Of a DNA stretch of 64,000 nucleotides, positions 30,794-41,350 are shown piece by piece. The stretch is from Prolixibacteraceae bacterium (lineage in GTDB: Bacteria; Bacteroidota; Bacteroidia; Bacteroidales; Prolixibacteraceae). The stretch covers positions 4,748 to 68,747 of the forward strand of contig JAFGGY010000195.1 in assembly GCA_016930365.1 (NCBI GenBank), written 5' to 3'. Below the pieces are notes generated by a model. The model did no database searches. It worked only from the letters and a program-made list of their open reading frames with translations, and was not told the DNA's origin. Numbering within the stretch: position 1 is the first letter of the stretch; every line of letters begins with the position of its first letter. The translations under genes were made by a program, and so were the position numbers.

Positions 30794-31480
30794 TTATTCA
30801 AACATGGATTTAAGCAAATTTTTCATTTCTTCGGGCGTCATTTCCTCGTCCGAATTAACTGTGTCGTCATCTATTTCCAACTCGTTGTAGGTTGATATTT
30901 CGCGTCCGGCGGGCAATTCGAACAGAACTGAAGGCACATCAATATTGGTTTCAACATTGGTGGCTGTAATAACAGACTTAACGCCCATCATGCTTATTTC
31001 GGTTTTCAAACTCAGCCCGTTCCATACCCATATTTTGCCCATGCCCTTATACACATCGCATTTTTTGCCCAACATGTTTTCGGTGCCGGTTTTTTCGTAG
31101 CCCATAGCCTCAATCATCCGAATAGAGTAATCTTCCACTTCGCCTGCATCCAGTCCTTCGTCGTCCCACGATTCGGCAATGGGATTCGAGGTTTGATAAA
31201 CTTTATTATCGGTATCGGACCACTCGTAAAGCTTAGTGCCCAGAGCCAGGGTCGATTTATTGGTTTTGCTGACCTGCCCAAAAACCTTCATTTCAGATTT
31301 TTCGACGGTTAATTCTTTGTACCCGTAATCGTCCCAGGTAATAACTTGTGTTCCCTTGGCGCTGCCTTCCATTTTGTATTCGACTACACCTGTTTTAAAG
31401 GGATATTTTTTAAAAGGTTTTTGGGCATTGGTAAAACCAACAAGCCCAAAAACCAAAACAATAATGTAAAAAAACTTCAT
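30794..31480 (-). CDS. Secreted hypothetical protein (DUF4412-like region)
   Basis: Signal peptide; KTGTENMLGKKCDVY...WVWNGL.LK, FELP. Confidence 0.7.
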   Translation of the reverse strand: MKFFYIIVLVFGLVGFTNAQKPFKKYPFKTGVVEYKMEGSAKGTQVITWDDYGYKELTVEKSEMKVFGQVSKTNKSTLALGTKLYEWSDTDNKVYQTSNPIAESWDDEGLDAGEVEDYSIRMIEAMGYEKTGTENMLGKKCDVYKGMGKIWVWNGLSLKTEISMMGVKSVITATNVETNIDVPSVLFELPAGREISTYNELEIDDDTVNSDEEMTPEEMKNLLKSMFE

Positions 31481-31484
31481 TTGC

Positions 31485-32060
31485 TTACAATTTAATTGCT
31501 ATCCCCACATTAAGATAGGTTATTCCGTAACCCAACTCGGCCATAACAGCCATATTGTCGGTAAAGTAATAACGGGCACCAACAAACCAATAAGAGTATA
31601 GTCCTGTATCGTTATCATTGTAATAATCATCGTACAAATCGTCAATATCATCATCTTCGTATTTCCAGCTGTAATGGTGAATACCCAAGGATAATCCTAC
31701 GTAAGTATCGAGCTTATCAACTAAAGGATAATGAAACGAACCACGTGGACCAATGTAAATACGGCTGGTGCGTGATGAATAATTATAGCCCCAGCCGCTA
31801 TATTCGTATTTGTAGGATGAAAATCCTAAATAGGCACCAACTCCAATAGAACCTTTTTCTAATATTCCATCAGCAATTCCGTATTCGCCAGATAGTGAGA
31901 TTGGAGGAATAGCCATTTTATAGTATGAGCTAAGGCCGGTACCTAATCCAATTCCAATATTGGCAACTTTATCGCCTTTAGCGAACATAGGCGTAACATC
32001 TTGAGCTTTTACAAAAAAAGCCACACAACATAAAGTTAGCAGAATCAATAATTTTTTCAT
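31485..32060 (-). CDS. Small outer-membrane beta-barrel protein
   Basis: Signal peptide; amphipathic strands; GARYYFTDNMAVMAELGYG...VGIAIKL C-terminus. Confidence 0.85.
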   Translation of the reverse strand: MKKLLILLTLCCVAFFVKAQDVTPMFAKGDKVANIGIGLGTGLSSYYKMAIPPISLSGEYGIADGILEKGSIGVGAYLGFSSYKYEYSGWGYNYSSRTSRIYIGPRGSFHYPLVDKLDTYVGLSLGIHHYSWKYEDDDIDDLYDDYYNDNDTGLYSYWFVGARYYFTDNMAVMAELGYGITYLNVGIAIKL

Positions 32061-32319
32061 TTTGAATAAATTTTAGGGTTTAAAAAAATGTATATTAAAT
32101 CTTTCGAATGCATTTATCATAGCATTACACATACAAAATTAAGCTATAGAAGCAGCCCCTATTTGCGAAAAAAGAAAGTGCAATCAACCGATGTATAAGT
32201 GTTGGTTTTTAACTGGTATTTGAGAAATTTAGTCCGAAAAGAATTAATTTGTAGCGTTTTGTGCAGAACAGAACACATTTTACAAAACCTTATAAACGAA
32301 ATTGCACCACACCCAGGCA

Positions 32320-32812
32320 ATGAAACATGTATTTAACCTATTAGATACGGGCATATTGCTCTTGTTTTCTCACCAGCACGGCCACACCCGGTGAAAAGAG
32401 AATTATTATTCAGAAAGATTTGGCAAAAGTATGGCCTTTGATGGAAATTGTTCGCATTGAATACTATGCAACCTTAACGCACCTCGAATATTGCAAGAGC
32501 GAGTAAGAAAAAGAAGATTATCTGCGAGAATACGAAAGCCTTGTAAAACAGGAATACCTAAAAAAAGTACTGAATCTAAATCTTAGGCAAGGCAAACTAC
32601 TGCTTTTACTCATACATCGTGAGCTGGGACAAACGCCTTTCGATTTGTTAAAAATGTATTTATCGTACCGGAAAGCCCGTTTTTGGCAATAACTGGCCAG
32701 ACTAGCCGACGCCGATTTAAAAGCAGAATACTCGGCAAAAATGTATCCCGAGATAGAACAAACAAACAAAAAAACAGGGATAGAAATTTCCACCCCCGTT
32801 TTTACATACTAG
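32320..32812 (+). pseudogene. DUF4294-like pseudogene
   Basis: One frame reads KDLAKVWPLM...CKSE*EKEDYLREYE...LNLRQGKLLLLLIHRELGQTPFDLLK...RFWQ*LARL.DADLKAEY, with TAA at 32504 and 32690. The ATG at 32320 is in another frame (frameshift). Confidence 0.7.
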
Positions 32813-32826
32813 AAAAAACTAACTTA

Positions 32827-35034
32827 TTAAAATTGCAATTCGCCTGTGAAATCTTCGCTAACATCGCGACCGGCCAACGCATCGGCAACACCTTTATACG
32901 CAATTTTACGTTCGTAATCGGCATTCCAGATATTTGGCGCATCGTCGGGTAACCAAAATTCATGTTCATCGGGGTGGTCACTAATCCCCCAAATGGTAAT
33001 ACCATACTGCTGAGCTTCAGGGATTATTTCGAGGTATTTTTCAATAACAAACTGGTACATATCCGATTGTTGTTGATATTGTTCGGCCGATGGTGCGTTG
33101 GTTTCAACTTTTACATCCAGTTCCGATACTTTAATCAGCTTGCCTGAGGCGGCTAACAGGTTAAACATTTCAATAATTCGCGTGGTGTCGGAATTAATAC
33201 TGATGTGCATTTGAGTTCCAATGCCATCTACCTGTGCGCCCTGGCTTTCGATGTATTCAACATACTCGATAATTCCACGGCACTTGTCGAGGCTGTACTC
33301 CAGGTTGTAGTCGTTAATAAATAATTTATCGTCGGCATTGCCATACTGGCGAGCTAACTTAAATGCTGTAACCGCATAATCTTCACCCAGGTATTTTTGC
33401 CAGTAAAATTCGTCGGAGGCCAGTTCGCCGCTAACATTTCCGTCGCGTACTGTGCCATTTTCGTTCATAGGTTCATTTACTACGTCCCATGCTTTTATAT
33501 CGTTCTTAAAATGGCCAACCATTGCTGCTATCCAGCTTTCCATTGCATCGCCGATAAGCTGTGTTTTTTCTTCGTCGGTTTTTTCAATGTAGGTCGGGCC
33601 ATCCTGTGCGCTCTTCAATTCGGGTTCGGGAGCGATACCAAATACTACATCGTCGATGTAGAATGTTGCCGCATGCTTACCAATGTCGAATAAAAATTTG
33701 TTTTTGTCGGCCGTTGATGCTGTAATGGTGCGTTCAACAAAGCTCCATTGTGTTGTTACTGGAATGGCTCCGGAATAATCGCCACCGTAGTCGGCATTTT
33801 GTATTTGGAACTGAATTTCGCTGGCTACATCGGCTTTAACCCAGAACGATACGAAGTATTCTGTACCTTGTTCCAAAAAGTTGTCGAAGGTATAAAGTTG
33901 CTGTGCTTCGTAAAATTCAGCTGCCGAAGGATTCGTCAGCACCATACAGTAATCCGACATGTGTCCTTCGCCCTGTGCCGATACTTCGCGGGTTGAGCTA
34001 TTGCCCCAGCCGCCCCACGGGTCGAGCGTGCCCGATTCGAAATCGCCATTGCTAATCATATTTACCACGGCTGGTTCAGCATCCAGGTCGGTAACAACCA
34101 AAGTATTAATATCGATATAATACGTAACACCTGGAACTTTTCCCATATCAAAGTACATGCTGAACTTCGTATCGGTAAAATCGTCAACCGTAAACTTTAT
34201 TTGCTGGTAGGTTGATGTAGTTTGGAATGATTCAGTCCAATCGCCACCAGTGCTGTACCAATCTTTCCATGGATAACCGTTTGCCAGACCGCTAAATGAA
34301 ATACGGCCTGCTCCGGGTTGATCGGAACGAATAAAGAACGAAACCTCGTAGGTGTGCGATGAATCGACAACAATTTCGGGAGTTTGCAACTGTAAATCCC
34401 AATAATTTGATGATGATGCGCTTGCAGTCAGGCGTACAGCGTTGTCGCCACTAGCAATTCCTTCGCCTTCGGCAATTTCGATACCATCGCCCGGGTTAAG
34501 GCGTTGCCAACCTGTAAATGTACCATCTTCGAGGCCCGAAATGTCGAGTACGCTTTCGCCTGCCGGAGCAGGTATTACTTCGGGTGCAATTAAGCCATTA
34601 AGATAGCTTGCATTTTGGTTTTTATGCCAAACGAGTGTATGCCCGTAAATGCCCAGACCGGCAGCTTTAACTTTTTCGGTAAAAGCATCAACAGCAGTAA
34701 AGTCGGGTTCTCCGTTGCTTTTTACCATGGCGCCATGCTTCATGGCATAACCAACAACTACTTCGTCGAAATTCTCGTTTGTTAAAGCGGCATAGGTTTC
34801 GTTTTCCATGTACTGTGTAAGTCCAACACCTACCGAGAGATTCAAATCGGTATATGTATTCAGTGCCTCGTATCGCGTAATTTTTTCGGCCAGTTTTAAC
34901 GGTATCTCAGCCTCGGTAATTCTGCGGTCAGAATCAATTTCTTCCCATTCCATTTTGTTGTCGTCGCAAGCAGTTGTTAACAGGACAGACAATACAACAA
35001 ATGGGATTAATCTATTTAGTTTTATTCGTCTCAT
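32827..35034 (-). CDS. GH10 endo-xylanase lipoprotein with CBM4-like modules inserted in the catalytic domain (Xyn10C type)
   Basis: Lipobox TTAC; GHTLVWH, then ~330 aa insertion (NGDFESG...), then WDVVNEP, LFINDYN, IGTQMH, VSELD, TIWG. Confidence 0.92.
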   Translation of the reverse strand: MRRIKLNRLIPFVVLSVLLTTACDDNKMEWEEIDSDRRITEAEIPLKLAEKITRYEALNTYTDLNLSVGVGLTQYMENETYAALTNENFDEVVVGYAMKHGAMVKSNGEPDFTAVDAFTEKVKAAGLGIYGHTLVWHKNQNASYLNGLIAPEVIPAPAGESVLDISGLEDGTFTGWQRLNPGDGIEIAEGEGIASGDNAVRLTASASSSNYWDLQLQTPEIVVDSSHTYEVSFFIRSDQPGAGRISFSGLANGYPWKDWYSTGGDWTESFQTTSTYQQIKFTVDDFTDTKFSMYFDMGKVPGVTYYIDINTLVVTDLDAEPAVVNMISNGDFESGTLDPWGGWGNSSTREVSAQGEGHMSDYCMVLTNPSAAEFYEAQQLYTFDNFLEQGTEYFVSFWVKADVASEIQFQIQNADYGGDYSGAIPVTTQWSFVERTITASTADKNKFLFDIGKHAATFYIDDVVFGIAPEPELKSAQDGPTYIEKTDEEKTQLIGDAMESWIAAMVGHFKNDIKAWDVVNEPMNENGTVRDGNVSGELASDEFYWQKYLGEDYAVTAFKLARQYGNADDKLFINDYNLEYSLDKCRGIIEYVEYIESQGAQVDGIGTQMHISINSDTTRIIEMFNLLAASGKLIKVSELDVKVETNAPSAEQYQQQSDMYQFVIEKYLEIIPEAQQYGITIWGISDHPDEHEFWLPDDAPNIWNADYERKIAYKGVADALAGRDVSEDFTGELQF

Positions 35035-35117
35035 AATCGTTATATTAAGAAATATACATTTAAAATATTGATGCGGCTGCCCGTTTAATGTGCCAGGCAG
35101 CTTCTTATTATCTTATC

Positions 35118-36521
35118 CTATTCAGCTGCCTCTTCCTCTTCATCGGGGAAATCGGAGTATGTAGGCGTAGTGTTAGGTACTATTCTCCAGTTGTCGGTAT
35201 AAACCTGTACCGATGTTGCTGATGATGGGAATTCAACGCTTTCGTCGGCACTATTACCGGTTACTTGCGAGAGGTTGAAGTCGGAATTTTCGAAAAATAT
35301 ACCAAAGTTTTTGTATGTAGCGCCTTCGCGGGCAACCAATACATCTTCAAAGGTATATTCGGCTTCGGCATCCGAAAATCCGTAGAATTCGTTAAACGGT
35401 ACAGTTACCGTTTGCCATCCTTCGTTTTTAAACGGAACAACCTGTTTTCCTTCAATCCAGGGCACGTAATTGTAAACATTACCACTCCACTCGCCTCCAT
35501 TGTAGTTGTTGTAAAGTAGAATTTTCAAAAATCCGGTATTGGTCCATTCGTCGGGTACAAAAACATCGAACTGGAAAGCAAAATCGCTAACCGGTGTCGT
35601 TGCTGGTATGTATTCAGTAAGTTGTCCACGCCAGTCGTCCACATCGTTGCCGGCAGTCCATACTTCGGAGCGGCGATTTGCTGCTGGGCCAAATTCGGCA
35701 ATGCGTTCGGGGCGGTGTGGTACATAATTTCCTTGCGAAACGTTACCCTCGCCAATGGGATCCGATTTCAGGTCTTCGTCGTTTATCATACTTCCGGTTT
35801 CCGTCCAGCTCCAAAATCCCTGCTGACCAAGGCCATCGAAATTAAGAATTACGCCTTCTGTGAAATTGAAATACGATGGCGAATAAGCGCCACCGTTGGC
35901 ACCTTCGACAAATACCGAACCGCTTTCTTCGATACCATCGGGCACAATTAACGTACAAAATTCGCCATCCTCGTCGGAAGTGATTCCTTCGGTAACTTCA
36001 ACATTACCAGGGAATACCACTTTGTTTATTTCGATTAAGCCCGAGCCATAAATGGTTATTGGCTCGCCGATTTGTGGCAAGGTATGCGAAATGCTTGATA
36101 TAGATGGTGCGGCATCGCGCACTTCGAAAGGATACACCAGTTCGGTTTCTTTCTTTTCAAATTTGATGGTATTACGAACATCTTCGTCGGCTTCAACAGT
36201 TGGTGTTTCACCGCTAACCTGTATCAGCATGCTGTTGTTCGACACATAAACCGGGTTAAAGTAGGTGCTATACCCGTTTACAAATACTTTTTGCATGCCG
36301 GTGAACCCGGATCCTTCGATACGAAGTACCTGCCCGAGGCGTACAAATTCTACCTCCCGATCGGGTACCGACGATTCGGCATCCTGGAGATAAACCGCAT
36401 TGACTATAATGGGAGTACTGTCGAACTCATCTTCGTCGTTGTTGCATGCACTAACTAAAAACAAGGTCAGTAAGGTGCTAAGCAACAACCATATATTTAT
36501 TTTAAATTTCATAGTATTCAT
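35118..36521 (-). CDS. Surface glycan-binding lipoprotein (SGBP-B/SusE-positioned, IPT domains)
   Basis: Lipobox VSAC; GQVLRIEGSG and GEPITIYGSGL IPT/TIG-like motifs; between SusD and GH10. Confidence 0.85.
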   Translation of the reverse strand: MNTMKFKINIWLLLSTLLTLFLVSACNNDEDEFDSTPIIVNAVYLQDAESSVPDREVEFVRLGQVLRIEGSGFTGMQKVFVNGYSTYFNPVYVSNNSMLIQVSGETPTVEADEDVRNTIKFEKKETELVYPFEVRDAAPSISSISHTLPQIGEPITIYGSGLIEINKVVFPGNVEVTEGITSDEDGEFCTLIVPDGIEESGSVFVEGANGGAYSPSYFNFTEGVILNFDGLGQQGFWSWTETGSMINDEDLKSDPIGEGNVSQGNYVPHRPERIAEFGPAANRRSEVWTAGNDVDDWRGQLTEYIPATTPVSDFAFQFDVFVPDEWTNTGFLKILLYNNYNGGEWSGNVYNYVPWIEGKQVVPFKNEGWQTVTVPFNEFYGFSDAEAEYTFEDVLVAREGATYKNFGIFFENSDFNLSQVTGNSADESVEFPSSATSVQVYTDNWRIVPNTTPTYSDFPDEEEEAAE

Positions 36522-36531
36522 CTTTATAAAG

Positions 36532-38184
36532 TTATTCAAACAGATTTATACGTTCTTCGGTAAAATTGAATGAGACAGGTTCTTCCCTTAATAATGGGTT
36601 TTGAACCAATTCCGATTCTGGGTAAGGCAGCAACAAGGTTTCTTCGGTAGCAATTGCTACTTGTTGTGCGTTGTTCATATCGCCTGCTTCGTATTTACTC
36701 GTTGTAGTGTTGTATTCGTATTCTGTGGCACGATCTTGCGTTTCATTCACATAATTCAACACTTCCTGTTGACGATAATAAGAGCGACGTACCAAGTCGT
36801 ACCAATATTGGCCTTCCATAGCCAATTCAATACGGCGTTCGTAACGAATGTCCTCGTAGCTTAATTCACTTTTGGCGGGCATACCTGCACGATCGCGAAC
36901 GAGATTAAAATATTTCAAAGCTTCGGCATCGTTGGTCGATGCATTGTTTCCCAAAATAGCTTCGGCATAATTCAGATACACTTCAGCCAGTCGCAACATT
37001 TTAGTATTGAGTCCTGAGCTCATACGGCCAACTTTTCCATCTGTATCTTTCGACGAGCCGGGAACTCCTTTTTTAATATTGCAGCGGTCGATATCTTCGT
37101 ATGTGTAACCTCCGGCAGCTTTGTTTAAATCGGGATATTCTGCGCCATAGGTTGTAAAAGTGGAGTATAGCCGAATGTCTTCCATATTGTCGTACTCGCG
37201 TACCATGTCCCACGAAGCATAAGTATAATACCCCCATGCAGCATCGTCGCCGGTAATTTCGGAGTTCCATGCAAAATAAGCCTGTTGAGTGTTGATAATA
37301 CCATACTCGGTTGTTCCGGATACCCATTGCAGCGAAAAGAGATCTTCGGGGCTGTTGTTTCCTTCGTGTGTAAACAACTCGTAATAATCTTCGTGCAATT
37401 CGAGTCCGCTTTCTTCGCATACTACTTTTGCAGCTTTGCGGGCAAGCTCAAGATATTCGGTATCGCGAACATTGCCGTTGCGGTTATCAACGTTGTGAAG
37501 GCCTGAATATGAGAGGTAAACCCGCGAGAGCATTCCGTATGCACTCCACTTGGTTAAGCGTCCGGCTTGCGAAGCTGTTTCGGGTAAGTGTTTTGCAGCA
37601 AATTCCAGGTCACGAATAGCAAATTCGAAAACATCGTTTCGCGGATTGGTGGGTACAATAGGATTACTAATCAGTTTCCGATTGTCATCAATAAGAATAA
37701 CATCGCCCCAAAGTGAAGCCAGGTACCAATATGCTGTTCCGCGCATAAAGCGGGCTTCGGCAATTGCAATATTCTTTTGTTCGTCGGTTACATTTACAGC
37801 CAGTTCGCGAATGTTGTTTATGGTGTTATTTGATTGACCTACAACATTATATAGCGATTGCCATGCCGATACCAGCGGCCCGGTAAGCGATGTTTCGGTA
37901 AAATTGGTAAACGGATAAACATAATCGGAATAAGGTGCAGAAATGTTGTTTGCACGTCCGTCGCCCAAAGCGTAATAAAACTTATCGTTGAAGTCGAACC
38001 ACACTTTGCTGTATAGTGCGGCTGTTGCAGCCTGAAGTTCGGCATTGCTCGTAAAATAGTTTTCGAGCGTGATGCGATCGTTGGGTTTTATATCGAGAAA
38101 TTCTTCGTTACACCCTGTTATGGTAAGTAATGCGGCTACCGCAATTACTATTATTTTGTTATATATTCTCATTACGTTATACAT
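36532..38184 (-). CDS. susD: SusD/RagB-family lipoprotein
   Basis: ITGC.EEFLD, AEARFMRG, RLAEVYLNYAEA, VRDRAG, ERRIELAMEG.YWYDLVR. Confidence 0.95.
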   Translation of the reverse strand: MYNVMRIYNKIIVIAVAALLTITGCNEEFLDIKPNDRITLENYFTSNAELQAATAALYSKVWFDFNDKFYYALGDGRANNISAPYSDYVYPFTNFTETSLTGPLVSAWQSLYNVVGQSNNTINNIRELAVNVTDEQKNIAIAEARFMRGTAYWYLASLWGDVILIDDNRKLISNPIVPTNPRNDVFEFAIRDLEFAAKHLPETASQAGRLTKWSAYGMLSRVYLSYSGLHNVDNRNGNVRDTEYLELARKAAKVVCEESGLELHEDYYELFTHEGNNSPEDLFSLQWVSGTTEYGIINTQQAYFAWNSEITGDDAAWGYYTYASWDMVREYDNMEDIRLYSTFTTYGAEYPDLNKAAGGYTYEDIDRCNIKKGVPGSSKDTDGKVGRMSSGLNTKMLRLAEVYLNYAEAILGNNASTNDAEALKYFNLVRDRAGMPAKSELSYEDIRYERRIELAMEGQYWYDLVRRSYYRQQEVLNYVNETQDRATEYEYNTTTSKYEAGDMNNAQQVAIATEETLLLPYPESELVQNPLLREEPVSFNFTEERINLFE

Positions 38185-38191
38185 TTTAAGG

Positions 38192-41100
38192 TTAGAAAGT
38201 AAGGTTTAAGCCAAATGTATAGATACGCGGTGAAGGATAACGTGCATTATCGATTCCGCTCATCAGTGCATCCTGGTTGTATGAACCTACTTCAGGATCG
38301 TAACCTGAATATTTTGTAAACGTGTAAACATTTTGGAGGTTTGCGTACACTTTCAGGTTTTGAATGCCTACAACATCCATCCATCGACGGGGTAGGTTGT
38401 AGCTCAACGAAATATTTTGAATTCGAAGGAATGAACCATCTTCAACATAGCGGTCGCTCATCCGGTTATTGGAATTCGACGACGAAGCTGACATACGATA
38501 CATGTATGGGTCGCCTCCGGTTACATGTACATTTCGGATATCGTCGCTGGGTCCATCGGGATTAATTACATCAACAACAGCATAGCCCAGGGCTGTTTTC
38601 AGCAGGTTGTGATTTTCTCGTGGATTTTCCATCCACCGGCGCTGGTAGTTAACTACATCATTTCCATACGAGCCATTGAGATAAATGCTTAAGTCGAAAC
38701 CTTTATATGTAAATGTATTTCCAATGCCATAGGTAAAAGCAGGTTCGGGGCTACCGATGTAAGTTCTGTCCGATTCGTTAATAACGCCATCTTCGTTTAC
38801 ATCTTTAAAACGATAATCGCCAACCCAAACCCCCGTTTCGCTAATATCGAGGCCTTCGGGACGAGCCACTTCCTGAATGTTTCCATTATCATCTTTGTAA
38901 TAAAAGTCGGTAGCTTCGTCAAATCGGCCTATTACTTTATAACCATAGAACTGACCAATTGGTTCGCCTACGGCAGTACGAGTAACAATTGTTATTTCAG
39001 AGCCTTCCTGTATGGTTTTATCCATTGTACTCGATTCGGTATCGAGTTCAAGAACTTTGCTTCGGTTTAGCGAAAACACCAGGTTGGTGCGCCATTGGAA
39101 GCTGTTTCTATCAACGTTTACGGTATTAAGTGTTAGCTCGATACCTTTATTTTCGAGCGAACCAATGTTTGCCCAAGGCGGAGTAGTTGACCCCTGGCCT
39201 TGAGAACCCACGTAAGCCGGTAATGGCAGCTGCAATAGCAAATTGTCGGTTTTCTTATAGTACAAATCGCCAATAAACTCGATGCGGTTTTTAAACAAGT
39301 TTAAGTCAACCCCAATGTTGCTTGACTGGGTGGTTTCCCATTGCAATTCGGGGTTAGCTGTATTTCCGCTAAGCTGGGCAGTACCCCATACGGTGGTAAC
39401 CGACGCCATGGTTGAAGTATAAGCATAATCGGCAACATTTTGGTTACCTACAGCACCCCAACCTAAGCGCAGTTTCAGGTTGTTAATTACATTGTTGTTT
39501 TTCAAAAATTCTTCGCTCGAAACACGCCATGCCAGTGCGGCCGATGGAAACCATCCCCAGCGATGTCCATCAGCAAATTTTGATGAACCATCGTGGCGTA
39601 AGGTTGCCGTAAGTAGGTAGCGCTCGTCGAACGAATAGAACAAACGTCCGAATTGCGACATCAGTGAGCTGCCTCCGCTGCTTCCGTCGGCTCGTGCAGT
39701 AGTACCGTCGCCGGCACTTAAGTCGTGTGCTGCGTTGTTAAGAAAACCACTGCGGTATCCATACAGGTATTCCCAGTGCGATTTTTGCATTTCGTAACCC
39801 AACATGGCATTAATGTTATGTACGTCGGCTATTGTTTTATTGTAAGTTAAAACATTTCGCCACGACCAGAACTTGCTGTACGATTTTGAACGTTCCGACT
39901 CAATTACATCGTTGGTTATTGCTCCAAAATTGTACGAAGGGTTGAACCTATATGTGTTATTTACCCCAAAGTCGGTCGATATGTCGGTTTTGAAGGTCAA
40001 ACCATCGATAATGGTTGCTTCGAGGAAAGCGTTGCTGCGAATACCCATTTTCTCATTTTCGTTTTCACGCAACATGGCCATCCCTACCGGGTTGGTTTGA
40101 ACATACATGTCGGTATCGGGTCCGTCGAATGTTCCGTCGGCATTTCGAACAGCAACATTCGGTGTTTGTTTCATTGCTGTTTTGATAAGCGATTGGCCTT
40201 CAACGGTAAGAATTTGTTTTGAATTGCTAAAAGCGAAGTTGATACCGGCTTTTAACCAGTCCTTAACCTGGGTGTCGAAGTTTCCGCGCATGTTGTAACG
40301 CTTAAACCCCGAGCCAATGGCAATACCATCCTGGTTTAGATATCCAAGTCCCATGGCGTATGTGCTTTTTTCGTTACCCCCCGAGATCGAAAGGTTATGG
40401 CTGTGCATTACCGCTTGTTGAAAAAGCTCGTCTTGCCAATCGGTGCCATCGCCCAGCAAATCGGCACGCACAAAATTGTCGTCGGGCATTACAATCGAAG
40501 CCTCGGTACGTGCATTTTTATGCTCGGCATATTCTCTAAGATTTAGCAGCTCGAGTTTATTAGGCATTTCCTGTATGCCGAAATAGCCATCGTACGAAAC
40601 CCTGGCTTCACCACTTTTCCCCCGTTTGGTTGTAATAATAATAACCCCATTTGCACCGCGTGAACCATAAATAGCTGTAGCCGAAGCATCTTTCAATACA
40701 TCCATTGACAAAATGTCGGCCGGGTTAATAGAAGCCAGTGCATTGTCGTTGGTTGAGCCGGTTGATGCATCGATTACGACACCATCGATAACAAAAATTG
40801 GTTCGTTCGAGGCATTAAGTGAATTTATACCTCTGATTCGTATAGAAGAGCTGGAGCCCGGAGCTCCGGAGTTTTGCTGAACCTGAACACCGGCAGCACG
40901 CCCTTGTAATACCTGGTCGATTGAAGTTGGTACCGATTTTTCAATAGATTCGTTCGATACCGAAACCACCGAGCCGGTTAAGTCGGTACGTTTCATTTGA
41001 CCATAACCTACAACAACTACTTCGTTAAGCGATTGTACATCTTCTTCAAGTTGTACATCGATTATTGACCGGTTTTCAATGGAAAAACGTTGTGGATTAA

Positions 41101-41350
41101 ATCCCACATAATTAAAAATCAAAACACCATCGGATGGTGCATTAATAGTATAATTTCCGTCGATATCGGTAGTTACCCCACGTGTAGTACCTTCAATAAC
41201 GATGTTAACACCCGGAAGTGTAGTTCCGGTATCATCTGTTACTGTTCCACTCACAGCCTTATCTTGCGAAAAGGCAATGTAAGGTAGCGACATAAACAGG
41301 AATAGTGCAAACATCATCCCCCCTTTTTTAAATACTTCAGTTTGTCTCAT
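38192..41350 (-). CDS. susC: SusC/RagA TonB-dependent transporter
   Basis: EVVVVGYG, LQGRAAGV, VLKDASATAIYGSRGANGVIIITTKRG, DGSSKF, FPSAALAW, LQWETT, YSGYDPE; terminal F. Confidence 0.97.
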   Translation of the reverse strand: MRQTEVFKKGGMMFALFLFMSLPYIAFSQDKAVSGTVTDDTGTTLPGVNIVIEGTTRGVTTDIDGNYTINAPSDGVLIFNYVGFNPQRFSIENRSIIDVQLEEDVQSLNEVVVVGYGQMKRTDLTGSVVSVSNESIEKSVPTSIDQVLQGRAAGVQVQQNSGAPGSSSSIRIRGINSLNASNEPIFVIDGVVIDASTGSTNDNALASINPADILSMDVLKDASATAIYGSRGANGVIIITTKRGKSGEARVSYDGYFGIQEMPNKLELLNLREYAEHKNARTEASIVMPDDNFVRADLLGDGTDWQDELFQQAVMHSHNLSISGGNEKSTYAMGLGYLNQDGIAIGSGFKRYNMRGNFDTQVKDWLKAGINFAFSNSKQILTVEGQSLIKTAMKQTPNVAVRNADGTFDGPDTDMYVQTNPVGMAMLRENENEKMGIRSNAFLEATIIDGLTFKTDISTDFGVNNTYRFNPSYNFGAITNDVIESERSKSYSKFWSWRNVLTYNKTIADVHNINAMLGYEMQKSHWEYLYGYRSGFLNNAAHDLSAGDGTTARADGSSGGSSLMSQFGRLFYSFDERYLLTATLRHDGSSKFADGHRWGWFPSAALAWRVSSEEFLKNNNVINNLKLRLGWGAVGNQNVADYAYTSTMASVTTVWGTAQLSGNTANPELQWETTQSSNIGVDLNLFKNRIEFIGDLYYKKTDNLLLQLPLPAYVGSQGQGSTTPPWANIGSLENKGIELTLNTVNVDRNSFQWRTNLVFSLNRSKVLELDTESSTMDKTIQEGSEITIVTRTAVGEPIGQFYGYKVIGRFDEATDFYYKDDNGNIQEVARPEGLDISETGVWVGDYRFKDVNEDGVINESDRTYIGSPEPAFTYGIGNTFTYKGFDLSIYLNGSYGNDVVNYQRRWMENPRENHNLLKTALGYAVVDVINPDGPSDDIRNVHVTGGDPYMYRMSASSSNSNNRMSDRYVEDGSFLRIQNISLSYNLPRRWMDVVGIQNLKVYANLQNVYTFTKYSGYDPEVGSYNQDALMSGIDNARYPSPRIYTFGLNLTF

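Noticed and set aside
32504-32692. Stop-codon recoding in the DUF4294-like frame
   Set aside because: TAA is the normal stop throughout the window and there is also a frameshift, so decay is the simpler explanation.
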